In this document: piece after piece, positions 43,597 through 57,487 of the stretch
Numbering within the stretch: position 1 is the stretch's first letter
How the letters are laid out: every line of letters begins with the position of its first letter
Assembly (NCBI GenBank): GCA_964016885.1
Contig: OZ024742.1
Coordinates: 345,712,001 to 345,776,000 of the forward strand
Direction of reading: 5' to 3'
DNA length: 64,000 bases
Source of the DNA: Eledone cirrhosa
Taxonomy: Eukaryota
Translations under genes and position numbers: made by a program
Notes under the pieces: generated by a model
What the model was told of the DNA's origin: nothing
Seen by the model: the letters and a program-made list of their open reading frames with translations, nothing else
The model's database searches: none

Positions 43597-43675
43597 ATTC
43601 ATTTGCTATGGCAAAATAGTGAGTCTTCTTACTTTGCAGTTTCACCTATGCACACTGTGTGTCATCAGATAAGAC
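43487..43675. ncRNA. Convergent inverted pair of decayed HHR motifs around a (TA)n(TG)n tract
   Basis: Plus: GTCTTAT-CTGACAA..GAAA-ctccagcg-TA-ACAACAC. Minus: GTCTTAT-CTGATGA..GAAA-ctgcaaag-TA-AGAAGAC. Same family as ~33200. Confidence 0.65.
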
Positions 43676-44125
43676 AGTTGCCTACCATTCTGAATATTAA
43701 TCTTAATCGATACACATGAATTAGCAAGGGAACGTCAAGTTTATCATTCGACTTGCATGAAATAGCAGCCAAATCTCTCTCAAATGACTCGTTGACTCAT
43801 TATATATCACGAGAAAGACGTAGTGGTCGTGGCCAAAACACCTTTGATCATAGGTCCGCTTGACCAGAATTGACTGATCCAGTGAAATAACAACAAAGAG
43901 ACAGAGAAGCTAACGCTGTCTCTGATCAACTATGATAAAATAACTACAGTATGAGGATAGATTCATCAAAGAGTATAATAGTGGAAGTTGAAGTCATGAT
44001 GTTAAGATAATACACAGAACTAAGTAAATTATATTATCTAGCTTTTAGTCACTTCAAACAACTTTGTACGCCATTTTGAGAAAAGACGAGACGAAGACAC
44101 AAATGAAGTATATACGTTTTATATA

Positions 44126-44220
<95 letters not shown>

Positions 44221-44299
44221 ATACATTAACGGAGCCATAGACTCCCGCCGTTCCCTGTGAATAATGTGCTCAAAGGAGAGGAAATCATATATATATATG

Positions 44300-44337
<38 letters not shown>

Positions 44338-44418
44338 CATATGTATATGTATATACATATATATATACATATATATATAAATACGTATGTCTGTATATGT
44401 ATATACATATATACGTAT

Positions 44419-44513
<95 letters not shown>

Positions 44514-44684
44514 CGTGTGTGTGTGTATGTGTGTGTGTGTACGTTACGTAGACTTATCATCGCAGGTAAATCGGCGAAGGGAGGGATTATGAGCAAGTTT
44601 AAGATTATTTTATTCTAATGCAAACGAATGATACAAGTGAAATGGTTTTAGTTGAGACAGGAAGTGGGATTATCTACTTGGCCT

Positions 44685-47600
44685 ACTTAGAGTAGTGGTG
44701 TTGCTGTATGACTTGGAGTAATGGTGTTGCTGTATGACTTGGAATAATGGTGTTGCTGTATGACTTGGAGTAATGGTGTTGCTGTATGACTTGGAGTAAT
44801 GGTGTTGCTGTATGACATGGAGTAATGTTGTTGCTGTATGACTTGGAATAATGGTGTTGCTGTATGACTTGGAGTAATGGTGTTGCTGTATGACTTGGAG
44901 TAATGGTGTTGCTGTATGACTTGGAATAATGGTGTTGCTGTATGACTTGGAGTAATGGTGTTGCTGTATGACTTGGAGTAATGGTGTTGCTGTATGACTT
45001 GGAGTAATGGTGTTGCTATATGTCTTGGAGTAATGTTGTTGCTGTATGTCTTGGAGTAATGGTGTTGCTGTATGACTTGGAGTAATGGTGTTGTTGTATT
45101 ACTTGGAGTAATGTTGTTGCTGTATGACTTGGAGTAATGGTGTTGCTGTATGACTTGGAGTAATGGTGTTGCTGTATGACTTGGAGTAATGGTGTTGCTG
45201 TATGACTTGGAGTAATGGTGTTGCTGTATGACTTGGAGTAATGGTGTTGCTGTATGACTTGGAGTAATGGTGTTGCTGTATGACTTGGAGTAATGGTGTT
45301 GCTGTATGACTTGGAGTAATGGTGTTGCTGTATGACTTGGAGTAATGGTGTTGCTGTATGACTTGGAATAATGGTGTTGCTGTATGACTTGGAGTAATGG
45401 TGTTGCTGTATGACTTGGAGTAATGGTGTTGCTGTATGACTTGGAGTAATGTTGTTGCTGTATGACTTGGAGTAATGTTGTTGCTGTATGACTTGGAATA
45501 ATGTTGTTGCTGTATGACTTGGAGTAATGGTGTTGCTGTATGACTTGGAGTAATGGTGTTGCTGTATGTCTTGGAGTAATGTTGTTGCTGTATGTCTTGG
45601 AGTAATGGTGTTGCTGTATGTCTTGGAGTAATGGTGTTGCTGTATGACTTGGAGTAATGTTGTTGCTGTATGACTTGGAATAATGTTGTTGCTGTATGAC
45701 TTGGAATAATGGTGTTGCTGTATGACTTGGAGTAATGGTGTTGCTGTATCACTTGGAGTAATGGTGTTGCTGTATGACTTGGAATAATGGTGATGCTGTA
45801 TGACTTGGAATAATGGTGTTGCTGTATGACTTGGAGTAATGGTGTTGCTGTATGACTAGGAGTAATGGTGTTGCTGTATGACTTGGAGTAATGTTGTTGC
45901 TGTATGACTTGGAGTAATGGTGTTGCTGTATGACTTGGAGTAATGGTGTTGCTGTATGACTTGGAGTAATGGTGTTGCTGTATGACTTGGAATAATGTTG
46001 TTGCTGTATGACTTGGAGTAATGTTGTTGCTGTATGACTAGGAGTAATGGTGTTGCTGTATGACTTGGAATAATGGTGTTGCTGTATGACTTGGAGTAAT
46101 GGTGTTGCAGGTGTGACTTGGAATAATGGTGTTGCTGTATGACTTGGAGTAATGTTGCTGTATGACTTGGAGTAATGGTGTTGCTGTATGACTTGGAGTA
46201 ATGGTGTTGCTGTATGACTTGGAGTAATGTTGTTGCTGTATGACTTGGAATAATGTTGTTGCTGTATGACTTGGTGTAATGTTGCTGTATGACTTGGAGT
46301 AATGGTGTTGCTGTATGACTTGGAGTAATGGTGTTGCTGTATGACTTGGAATAATGGTGTTGCTGTATGACTTGGAGTAATGGTGTTGCTGTATGACTTG
46401 GAGTAATGGTGTTGCTGTATGACTTGGAGTAATGTTGTTGCTGTATGACTTGGAGTAAAGGTGTTGCTGTATGACTTGGAGTAAAGGTGTTGCTGTATGA
46501 CTTGGAGTAATGGTGTTGTTGTATGACTTGGAGTAAAGGTGTTGCTGTATGACTTGGAGTAATGGTGTTGCTGTTATACTTGGAGTAATGGTGTTGCTGT
46601 ATGACTTGGAGTAAAGGTGTTGCTGTATGACTAGGAGTAAAGGTGTTGCTGTATGACTTGGAGTAAAGGTGTTGCTGTATGACTTGGAGTAAAGGTGTTG
46701 CTGTATGACTTGGAGTAAAGGTGTTGCTGTATGACTTGGAGTAAAGGTGTTGCTGTATGACTTGGAGTAATGGTGTTGCTGTATGACTTGGAGTAATGGT
46801 GTTGCTGTATGACTTGGAGTAATGGTGTTGCTGTATGACTTGGAATAATGTTGTTGCTGTATGACTTGGAGTAATGGTGTTGCTGTATGACTTGGAGTAA
46901 TGTTGTTGCTGTATGACTTGGAGTAATGGTGTTGCTGTATGACTTGGAGTAATGGTGTTGCTGTATGACTTGGAGTAATGGTGTTGCTGTATGACTTGGA
47001 GTAATGTTGTTGCTGTATGACTTGGAGTAATGGTGTTGCTGTATGACTTGGAGTAATGGTGTTGCTGTTATACTTGGAGTAATGGTGTTGCTGTATGACT
47101 TGGAGTAATGTTGTTGCTGTATGACTTGGAGTAATGGTGTTGCTGTATGACTTGGAATAATGTTGTTGCTGTATGACTTGGAGTAATGGTGTTGCTGTTA
47201 TACTTGGAGTAATGGTGTTGCTGTATGACTTGGAGTAGTGGTGTTGCTGTATGACTTGGAGTAAAGGTGTTGCTGTATGACTTGGAGTAGTGGTGTTGCT
47301 GTATGACTTGGAGTAATGGTGTTGCTGTATGACTTGGAGTAATGGTGTTGCTGTATGACTTGGAGTAATGGTGTTGCTGTTATACTTGGAGTAATGGTGT
47401 TGCTGTTATACTTGGAGCAATGGTGTTGCTGTATGACTAGGAGTAATGGTGTTGCTGTATGACTTGGAATAATGTTGTTGCTGTATGACTTGGAGTAAAG
47501 GTGTTGCTGTATGACTTGGAGTAATGTTGTTGCTGTATGACTTGGAGTAATGTTGTTGCTGTATGACTTGGAGTAAAGGTGTTGCTGTATGACTTGGAGT

Positions 47601-48150
47601 AATGGTATTGCTGTATGACTTGGAGTAATGGTGTTGCTGTATGACTTGGAGTAATGGTGTTGCTGTATGACTTGGAGTAATGGTGTTGCTGTATGACTTG
47701 GAGTAAAGGTGTTGCTGTATGACTTGGAGTAGTGGTGTTGCTGTATGACTTGGAGTAAAGGTGTTGCTGTATGACTTGGAGTAAAGGTGTTGCTGTATGA
47801 CTTGGAGTAGTGGTGTTGCTGTATGACTTGGAGTAATGGTGTTGCTGTATGACTAGGAGTAATGGTGTTGCTGTATGACTTGGAATAATGGTGTTGCTGT
47901 ATGACTTGGAGTAATGGTGTTGCTGTGTGACTTGGAATAATGGTGTTGCTGTATGACTTGGAGTAATGTTGCTGTATGACTTGGAGTAATGGTGTTGCTG
48001 TATGACTTGGAGTAATGGTGTTGCTGTATGACTTGGAGTAATGTTGTTGCTGTATGACTTGGAATAATGGTGTTGCTGTTATACTTGGAGTAATGGTGTT
48101 GCTGTATGACTTGGAGTAAAGGTGTTGCTGTATGACTTGGAGTAATGGTA
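44685..48150. repeat. 26-bp minisatellite (GTATGACTTGGAGTAATGGTGTTGCT)n, ~130 copies
   Basis: Directly visible. Confidence 0.99.
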
Positions 48151-48320
48151 CAGCCATAACAGTTTTGTTTGATTATATTATCGATCACAGTATTCTTTTT
48201 TTCTTCTATTTTTGTTCAACTCTAGTATTGATTTTGTTGAACTCTTTTTGTTCGACCGAAAAGTTACGGGACGTAAACAAAGAAACACATACATACACAC
48301 ATGTACATAAACATACAGTA

Positions 48321-48548
48321 TTTGTAAGAGAAGTCAACATCAATGGACCTGTTATTTTTATCTAAAGATATTTTTTTCCAATTCCAACCCACCTGTCCCC
48401 TCAATCTATCTTATTTCGCATTCTTTCTTCGGATAAAGGACTACCGTCCGAAACATTAAGACCCTCTTCCAGCTATATCAAGCGTTAACCTAATATATCC
48501 CTTCCATATACTGTACCGATTGTGTTGTTATTTCAGTTTACCTTTTAC
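48321..48548 (+). mobile_element. ~220-bp repeat with degenerate HHR
   Basis: CGGATAA-A-GGAC-tacc-GTCC-GAAAC at 48430-48454; homologous to 32880-33100. Confidence 0.6.
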
Positions 48549-48560
48549 ATACATAAATAT

Positions 48561-48621
<61 letters not shown>

Positions 48622-49575
48622 GGGGGGGGGTTATGTTTTTGTGTACGTATATATATACGTGTGTGCGAATATGTGTGTATATGTGTGTGTGTATGTGTAT
48701 GTGCCTATCCCTCTCCAGAATCGAACCCATTCGATTCTTCCAGAAACGTATATATACAGAAAAAGCGAGAAAGAATTAAGAAAGAGAATATAGAGGACCA
48801 ATCCACCCCAATATATAGCTAGTACTTTATTTATCGATCTTGAATGGTTGGAAGGCAAACAGGACCCTGGCGAGATTTGCACTCAACACGATCTTTACGA
48901 TGACTGGCAATTCGACGTCTTGTTGCTTTTGTTGTTGTTCTTCCTGAGAGATTCGTGGGAGAGAGGGTCCTCAAACATTCCTTCCAGCGGGTCCTGTCAT
49001 AAGCAACTGTCTCCAACTGACCCAGCTGGATCACCAAGTGCGACCAGCTAAGCTAATGGATGTTATCAATCATCTTTCTCTGAGTTTACCCCTGGATCTC
49101 CTGCTGCTTGGTTTTGTTCATAAAATCTGTCCAGCGATTCTTTCCTGAGAGATTCTGACCACATGCCCCACTAACTAAATATAGAATCATTCCTATATTT
49201 AATAAAGATTCCCCAACGACTCGTAATCTCATAACTTTATCCTAATTAATCCGCAATTTTAATTAGTTTAACGCTATTCTTAAACTTATACAGTTTCCCT
49301 GACGTCACAGATTTTCCTAAAACCTTACAACTATCCAATAACACAAATGCTTTCATTTTAATTGAATCCTATAACCCACAATTTAGCATATATCTTTTTA
49401 CCGTTTACACGTATATTGTTAGGTTAAGATCTAACTTCAACCCTTCCATGACCGAATTTTGAAAGAAATATACACTATTTCTAGTAATTAATTAAATATT
49501 TTAAATAATTTACAAACGTTATTAATTATTTTATTACAAATATAGTAACATAAGAAGATTCTACGCAGGAATACG

Positions 49576-49707
49576 TGTAGATCATAGGACGCATATGATG
49601 TAGATCGTAGGATATATACCATGTAGGTCTTAGGATATATATCGTGTATATCATAGGCTATACACCATGTAGATCATAGGATATATACCATGTAGGTAAT
49701 AGCATAT
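49576..49707. repeat. 23-bp degenerate minisatellite (TGTAGATCATAGGATATATACCA), ~6 copies
   Basis: Directly visible. Confidence 0.85.
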
Positions 49708-49738
49708 CTGCCAGAGCAAAAGCGTTACGACTAATAAT

Positions 49739-52700
49739 GTTTTCTTTATTGGCTACAAGGGCTAACATGAAGAAAAACATTAGAGACGGCACAGAACAGT
49801 ACAGGACGATACAAAGTGGGTTTGGGTCGTGTAAACAGGTTATAACAAGATAGAAATGAGGATAGAAATAAAAAGAAATTCAAGCAACAAAAATTCCCTA
49901 AAAAGAGGGAAATCTCCGACGGTCACTCGTAGCGAAAACCACACAAACGCCTGCGGCCAACCTGACCACTTGGGCAAGCGCCCTCTCTCAGTGTTCCCAC
50001 TCCTCAGTCTACAGGCGTATACTCAGAGCGGGCCCGTTCACTCGGACCACACTCGCCTCTTTCACCCGCCTTTCAACAAACTTACTAGAAGACAGCACTT
50101 GCCTCTCCAAACCTTTGTCCGTCTTCAACCCTTTCAACCTTGTCCACCACACAATCTCTTTCAGCATGGCCACCAAACAGATGAAAACTGCCTGCCCTTC
50201 CTCCTCTTTAAAGGAGGATGGTGGGTCTATCTGCACAATGGACTCAGTCGATAACCGGATCCGTCCTACACGCGACATCAACTGTTCGACATAGCTCCAC
50301 AAGTCAGCAATCCTCGGGCACTGAACGAGTGCGTGCCGGACTGTTTCGTCGCCTGCGCGCATCTCGGACAGGCTCGGCTGACAGCACCTCCGTGCCTGGA
50401 GAGCTTATCCCGAACCGGCAACGCTCCCCGGTAGCACTTCCAGCCCAAAGACTTCTGGAAGTTGTCCATAGTCCCCGGTCTGAAAGTTCTCTTGAAGAGA
50501 GCGAACGGCTGATCGTCTTCGACGCCCAGAGTCTCCCAGAGAACGTAGTCGCTCTTTCCCTCCACTAGCTCTCTATAGAGCGCCGAGGTGGATGTTCCAC
50601 CGATACTAGTGCCCAACTGGTAGAGGGCGGTGAGCGCTTGTAGACATTCCAGCTTCCAAGCGCTATCCCTCGGTCTTTTCTGATCCTGGACTGCAAATCC
50701 GTCAAGGAGACGAGCTGGGGAAAAGCGTGTCTGGCAAACGGCGACCACACCTGTTCACCGTCAAGGAAGCACCAGAGATGTCGCAGCTCAGAGCATGTTT
50801 GCGCATCATCAGCCACGGCATGCCTAGTTACGCAACGGGTGTTGATAGCAAATGGATCGTCTGGCCATGAGAGCACGTCCCTTCCACAAAAAGCGGAACA
50901 GAAGGTGCTCCATTTTGGTCAGAGTTGGGCGAGGTCAAGGTACGATGGTCAAGCGGTAGCAGATGACGGACGTTATGTACGCATTCACCACCTCCGCCCG
51001 ACCTTTCAGAGACAGCCTCCTCTCGGTCTATTTCTGGGTAAGAGAAGCCACCGTGCTCGTCACCTCGCTGCAGTTTTTTTCCATCTGGAGGTCCGGACCG
51101 AACCAGATCCCGAGCAATTTAACCGGTCCTCCCGTCCATCGTCCCACGACGCTGTCGGACGGCATGGACTTGCCTCTTCAGGTGCTGAGTTGCAAGCCCA
51201 CCGATTTTACCTGGTTTATCTTTGCTCTTGTCACAGCTTCGTATTCCTTGAGAGCGGTGCCGAAACTCTGGACGTGTTTGGTGCTCGACACCACCACGGT
51301 GACATCGTCGGTGTAAGCTGACACGGATCTACCGCTCCCAGTTGGTGCAGTAACAACTCGAGGGCCAGTACATACAAGAGGGGCGAGAGGGGGCAACCCT
51401 GGTGGACCGAGCGCATGATGCTGAAAGGCTGCGACAGGTAACCATTCACCCTCACAATCGAGCAGATGTTGCTGTGCATCGCAGCGATCCAGACCCTAGA
51501 AATGAGCCCCAAGCCGGCCGCGTCGAGGACCGCAGCCAGGTACCGATGGTCGACCCTATCAAATGCTTTGGATTGATCCAAGTTGATCAGGGCGCCACCC
51601 GGGTCAGGTTCCTTAACCACCCTCTCTATGATGTATCGCATGAGATGGAGGTTGTCGTGGATGGATCTGTCCGGTATGGCGCATATCTTCGCCTCTCCCA
51701 CCAGATCACCGACAAGCGCCAATCTCTTTGCTAACACCTTGGCCAAAATCTTCAACTCTGCGTTTAGTAGAGTTATGGGCCTGAAGCTGTCTATAACGTC
51801 CTCCTTATTCAGGTCTTTTCTCAGCAGCGCCACCGCTCCCCGGCTCACAAAACTGGGAATGCTCCCGTTCTGCTGCCAGTTGCAGTATACATCTGCCAAG
51901 AGGTCGCCGAACAAGTCTGGAATATACGCATACAGCTCGTAGGGGATACCACCCAAACCTCGCGATTTACACCTCGTGCAGTCAGACATCGCTTCCGGTA
52001 TTTCACCTGCCGTTATCGGTTTTTCGCAGCACTGCGCTTTGGTCGTCGAGAGCCGCGGCAGTCCGTCGAGGTATGCACCGAAGTCCATACTCCGATCCGG
52101 CCCGCCGCCGCTCCCGAACAATTGAGCAAATTGTTGTTGAAAAGCCGCACACATCTGCTCGGATTCGAGCAACATGCGCCCGTTTTGATCAGGCAAAGAC
52201 CGAATTGTGTACTTGTTGCCACGTCGCGTCAGCCGGGCCCATTGAACGGCTTTCGTCCCCTCGTATCTTAGAGCACGTGCGCTAGCTCTGTCAACGCAGC
52301 CTTCATACTTTGCGTTGAAGAATTGGTCCAGTCCCAATCTCGCCGCTAGCACGTCGGTTGTGATGCCTGTCCTAAACGCCTCTTCTAGCTTTCTAACTAA
52401 CTCTCCCTCTACTCTATTTTCCTCTATCACTACTCCTTTGCTAAACCTTATCGATTCTACTCTAATAGCCCTTTTCAGGGTAAACCACCACCTGTTATTG
52501 ACGATCGCACCCGTCAACGCACGCTTAACTAATTCGCTAATCCGGTGCTGTAAGCTTTGCCCGCCGGGAACGCGCGTTCAGCTTCCAGTAACCGGGCCCT
52601 TGCCTATGGAGTCTATCTAAGCCAAAATCACAGATCACAAATTTGTGGTCCGCGTAGTCGACTACTTTAAATTGTGGGCAGCCTATACTAGCCTTATCTG

Positions 52701-55291
52701 TTTCCCTACAGAATACTCTATCTAAATACGATCTGGATGACCCGATGCGGTTTGCCCATGTCCACATTGGCACATTCAGATAATCCAGTCTATACCTGTC
52801 AGACAGTTCAAAACGTCTGAACAGGTTGTTGAGGCTTTTACACCCTCCTGCCCTGTCTACTAGCCCCACATAATCTCAGCGTGCATCTAAGATACCGTTC
52901 CAGCCGCCCACTAACACTAAAGGGCCGGAAGTTCCAAGAAAGGTTTCTAGACGTCTGAAGAAATCTGGCCGTCCTGTCCCTGTTGGGTCGTAGACGGCTA
53001 CTAGCCTGAAAGCATTGCCTTCGCTGCCGGTCACGTCCAACACCATCGACATACCTTCTGGGTCCAGGAAGATGGGCCGTATGGCGAGATCCAAGCCTCT
53101 CCGAAAAAGCACAGCAACTCCTCCCCCCTATCCCCCGGCTGGGAGATGTGTATACATCGTAGACGCTGAAGATGGGTGCGAAGGCTCGTGCTTCGAAAAT
53201 TCTGATCTCGCTGATGGCCACTACATCTATGTTTAGTGACCTGAGATCGTTAAGCAGTTGGAAGCAGTTGGCCCTGCTTCCAAGATGACCTCAGGCCACG
53301 TACATTTATACTGCCTATTCTAAGTAAGGCCATGTTGGGTGAGGAATGGAGTAAGTGAGAAAGGATCACCTACCCTGATCGTGTGGGAAAGGGACAGTCG
53401 AACGTCTCTTTGGCTGGTCATGGGTGTTTATCCTCTTGGTAACCGACCGTCTCAGTCTCCAACTGCGTTGGGGAGTTTTTCTATTAAAAGTTTATAATGT
53501 TCTATTTTGATTTCAATAATCTTTATATTTTTAGAGAGAGTTCTTGGTGTTGGTGGGGTGTAGTAACTTTTGTCTGTGATGTCTGTGTGCTGCTTTATAT
53601 GTTGTAAGAGTTCTTTATTTCCCATGTTTATGGCTGTGTACTTTTTGCGGGAGGGGTGGTTTTGTTGCTGTTTTCTTGTTGTTGCTGTTGGTTGTGTGTG
53701 CTGTGTTGTGTTTGCGATGTTGGTGTTTTTGGTGATGTTGGTGGTGGTGATGGTTGTTGTTGGTGGTGATGCTTGTGGTGGTGATGGTGATGGTGATGGT
53801 GGTGGTGTTGCTGCAAGTCTCCTTGCAGCCTTTACCCCTCTTTGTTTGCCTTCGCTTTTGGAGGGTGAAGCTAAGGGTTTTTTTTTCTTTTTTCTTTTTT
53901 GTGGCAGACCGTTCGCCACTTCCCTCCCACTTCATACTCCATGTCGGATTCCGTGGTGTCTGGGAGGGGTATGAGCTCCACTGCTGTGACCATTCTGCCC
54001 ACAGAGATACACTTTAGGCGCCTTCCTTCCACGCTTATAGAGAGTTGGAGTTCTTCCTCGAGGTCTATGATATCTGGGATGGCCTCGATGCACTCCTGGT
54101 CAGTTTGTATTAGCATTTCATTTGCATGCCTATTCCTGACCAGTTCTCTCTCCCACTCTCTGTATTTGCAGTATGGTGGTCTTATCCTCGATTCCAGCAA
54201 GTACTGACGCGGCCAGCCAAGGTATGGGCACGTCGGGCGGGACCTGGGTCACTTTGACCCTCACAATTTTCTGCCCGCAGTAGGAGGGCACCAAGACTAT
54301 CTCCTCACTCTTTAGGGTTTCCAAAGAGTGAGACTTCGCCTCTTGTGGGGTGGCGAAAAGTACGTCTACTGTGACGTACTTTTTGCCTCGGGTGATGGGT
54401 TTTGCGCGCCCAGACGCACCCCAAGGCCTTTGGATTTGGCTCTCTCCACCCGAAGTGACATTTCGCTTACGGTGCGGTAAGTCATCCTGCGCAGCTGCTG
54501 GTCTTTGAAGAAATCGGGTGGAGGTTTCAGGGAAACTCTATTGTCGTTTCTAGTCACCATGGCTCTTGCGACTGCCATCTCCCCCTCCGTGAATAGCACT
54601 GTCTCTATATTTCGGGCCACACCTGCGAAAGAAGTGGCCCCTTTTTCAGCGGCACCATTTTGCTGCTGCTACTGCTGCTACTGGTCTTGTTGGTGCTGTT
54701 GCTGTTGCTACTGCTACAAACGGTGTTGTTGGTGTTGTTGCTTTTATCAATGTTGTAGTTGGTTGTGTTTTTGGTGCCACTGTTGTTTTCGGTGCAATTT
54801 GTATTGTTGCTGTTGATGTTGTCGTTGTTTATTTTCTTGTTAGTGGTGTTAATATCGTTGTTGCATTTGTTGTCATTTTTTTCTGTTGTCTCTATTTTGT
54901 TTGCCGCTGTTATTGTTGTAGTTTGTGTGGTAATTTTTTTAAAATTAGTGTTCTCAGTATTGTTGTCTTTGTTCACGTTGTTTGTGGTGTGTTTGTTGTA
55001 TCAATTTCTGTAACCCTCCTCTCAACTTTTATGCCGTTGTCACACGGCAGCAGACATATTGCTGGGGGGCGTGGCTCAGCCATGTTTTGTTTTTTTTTGT
55101 TTTTTTAAAGTAAAATTTTCAAATATTGTTCAAATATTTGGGCCAAAAGGCCCAAATATTATACTTTCCCCTTCACAGGTCAAAGTCCAAGGGCTTATAT
55201 CCCTTACACAAGAACAATTTAACAACAAATAATTATAACAGGTAAATAAAGCGACTTACTGGGAGCGAGCAAAAAGACGCCGGAACAGACC
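49739..55291 (-). mobile_element. Near full-length, frameshifted Tx1/L1-type LINE (ORF1 ~53450-54980, ORF2 50009-53333)
   Basis: Two-ORF layout, 3' end GCCCTTGTAGCCAATAAAGAAAAC, (AAT)n at both flanks. Confidence 0.92.
50009..53333 (-). pseudogene. LINE ORF2: APE endonuclease, RT and C-terminal zinc finger, with multiple frameshifts
   Basis: MALLRIGSINVRGL; SYLDR..DH; FRPITLLNAELKILAK; LDQSKAFDRV; QGCPLSPLLY; AYTDD; CPRC...ETVRHAL..C. Confidence 0.93.
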
Positions 55292-56479
55292 AATAATAAT
55301 AATAATAATAATAATTGTTTCTACTTTTGGCACAAGGCCAGCAATTATCTCAGTGCATTACTGGTACTTTATTTTATCAACCCCGTAAGGATGAAAGGCA
55401 AAGTTAACCTCGGCGGGATTTAATGATTTCTTTTAATACTTCCACCATTTTTCTTATTCTCATATCTCGTCTATTGAGCATTGATACTTACAAAACAGTC
55501 ATTCTCATTTTAAATACTACTATATCATTCTATATATTACACCAAAACTACTCACCATTTCAGTTAAGACAGAAGTTAACTAGAAAATGTTGTACATTCT
55601 TTATTAAATGATCTGCTTGTAGCTTGCTAGATCCGTAGGCGTAACAATTCTATATGTATTTGCAAGATACATTTTTAGTGACAGAAATCGATCTTATTAG
55701 ATTTTCTATCGAGAAGTTTCGATTCGTTGTTGGCTATTAAAATTATATGAAATTTCCCAATCCAGCATAAGTCTGCGGTAAAATAAGTCACTTTAGAAGT
55801 AGCATTACTTCGTATTTACAAGAAATTCTAATATTCATAACTTTCTTTTTCCACTAAAGAAGGCGCATGGCTTAGTGGTTAGAGTATTGGGCTTGCAATA
55901 TAAAGGTTGTGAGTTCAATTCTCGGGCCGGGTGATGTGTTCTTTCCTTGAGCAAGACACTTTATTTCACGTTGCTCCAGTTTACTCAGCTGTAAAAATGA
56001 GATGATAGGACTGGGGCCCCTATCATTAAATCACCCAAGATACCTCCAACGAGATATACCTTGGAGGAGGCCTGCTAAATCTGCATAGCTGTGAGCTGTC
56101 ACACACACACTATAGAATATGGATTTAAAAAGGTTAGAATGCCTTTAATACGCCATGGAGTCGCATGGACGCCGTCCTCAGACATGGTGTGTTTAACGTA
56201 TTTTTAAACATGGCGGAAGCCGTCCCTCACCAAATTGGAACACTATTGATTTTTTCTTTTTTTTTAGAGAAGGAAAGGTAGAAGAGAAAGCAATAAAGAG
56301 GCATAGAGGATGAACAGACCCCAGTATTGGATTGGTACTTTATTTATCGACCTCAAAATAATGAAAGACAAAGTTGACCTCGGCAAGATTTGAACTCAGT
56401 GTGTGCCGGACCAAATACCGGGGTATGTTAATCCGGCGTCCTAACCACGCTGCTGATTCACTACCATAACATGTATTTA

Positions 56480-57200
56480 TTAAGAGTTGAATTGATTTTC
56501 ACCAACGACATGGTCCATGACGTAGCAATTGATTCTGTTCAACAGCTTCCTGTGAAAATGAGGTTCACAGACCCCCAATACCACAGGAAACCATACAGGT
56601 TATTAAGCTGCTGAAGACTGGCAAAGCTCTACGTTTCGATGGCATTCTCCCAGAAGGTTGAATCACTCTCTATAAGAACAATAGGGGAAATGTAGATTGC
56701 TCGAATTACCGAGACCTCATCTTGCTCTCCTGGCCAGAATACTGCTCAACAGACAAAGAACTACCATTGCTGGTAACCGTATTATTGAGAGCCAGTGAGA
56801 TTTTAGAGCAAACCGGAGATCACGGATATGGTGATTTCTTGAAGCAGCTCCGGAGAAATGCTGTGAAGAAACCAGAGGTCTGTTTATCCCCTTCATCGAT
56901 TTCACCTAAGTGTTCGACAGAGCGTGCAGAGAGGGACTGTGACACATTCTGGAAAAGATGGGTTGGCCACTAAAGTTCCTCACCATGAACAACCAACTTT
57001 ATGGTAGGCAGCTTGGTCAAGTCAGACTTCCAAATAACCAACGACGTGAATCAAGGTTGCGTCATTTCCCTAACTCTGTTCTCTCTATTTGTAAAACCAC
57101 GAAAGGCCTTCAAGTGAACGAGAGGTTCTACATCAGATTCTGCACTAATGGAAGTCTCTTCACCCTGCGGCAGAGAGCTAGAACAAATATGACATAATAT
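56480..57200 (+). pseudogene. Highly decayed RTE-clade RT fragments
   Basis: KLLKTGKA...DGILPE; LYK..G..DCSNYR.L.LLS..ARILL; YIRFCTNGSLF.LR. Confidence 0.7.
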
Positions 57201-57221
57201 TCTATCCAGCGTCTATAGTTA

Positions 57222-57487
57222 CTTTCGGGTCACGAATAATCGTCCTTCCGTTTTTTTTTATTTTTTAGATTTTTCTAAAAAAAGACCCCAACCTTCTTAT
57301 TCCACTCCACCCACACATTTATTAAATTTTGCTAATCTATCCCCGGCGAAATTTTATTTTAAGTGGTAGCATCCCTACGACAATTAATCTTCTTTATACA
57401 TTAAAAACATTATATATGACAAAATGTTCATGTTATAAAATCCTATGTTATAAAATAAATAGCTCCCTATTATTTGGGACCCGAGAA
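57222..57487. mobile_element. Tc1/mariner- or pogo-type MITE
   Basis: Imperfect TIRs CTTTCGGGTCACGAATAAT / ATTATTTGGGACCCGAGAA flanked by TA on both sides. Confidence 0.6.

Noticed and set aside
30792-44618. Many short Cys/Val-, His/Thr- and Tyr/Ile-rich ORFs
   Set aside because: Translations of (TG)n, (CA)n and (TA)n microsatellites.
44685-48150. CRISPR-like array or His/Gln-rich CDS
   Set aside because: Head-to-tail repeats without spacers; eukaryotic context; no cas genes.
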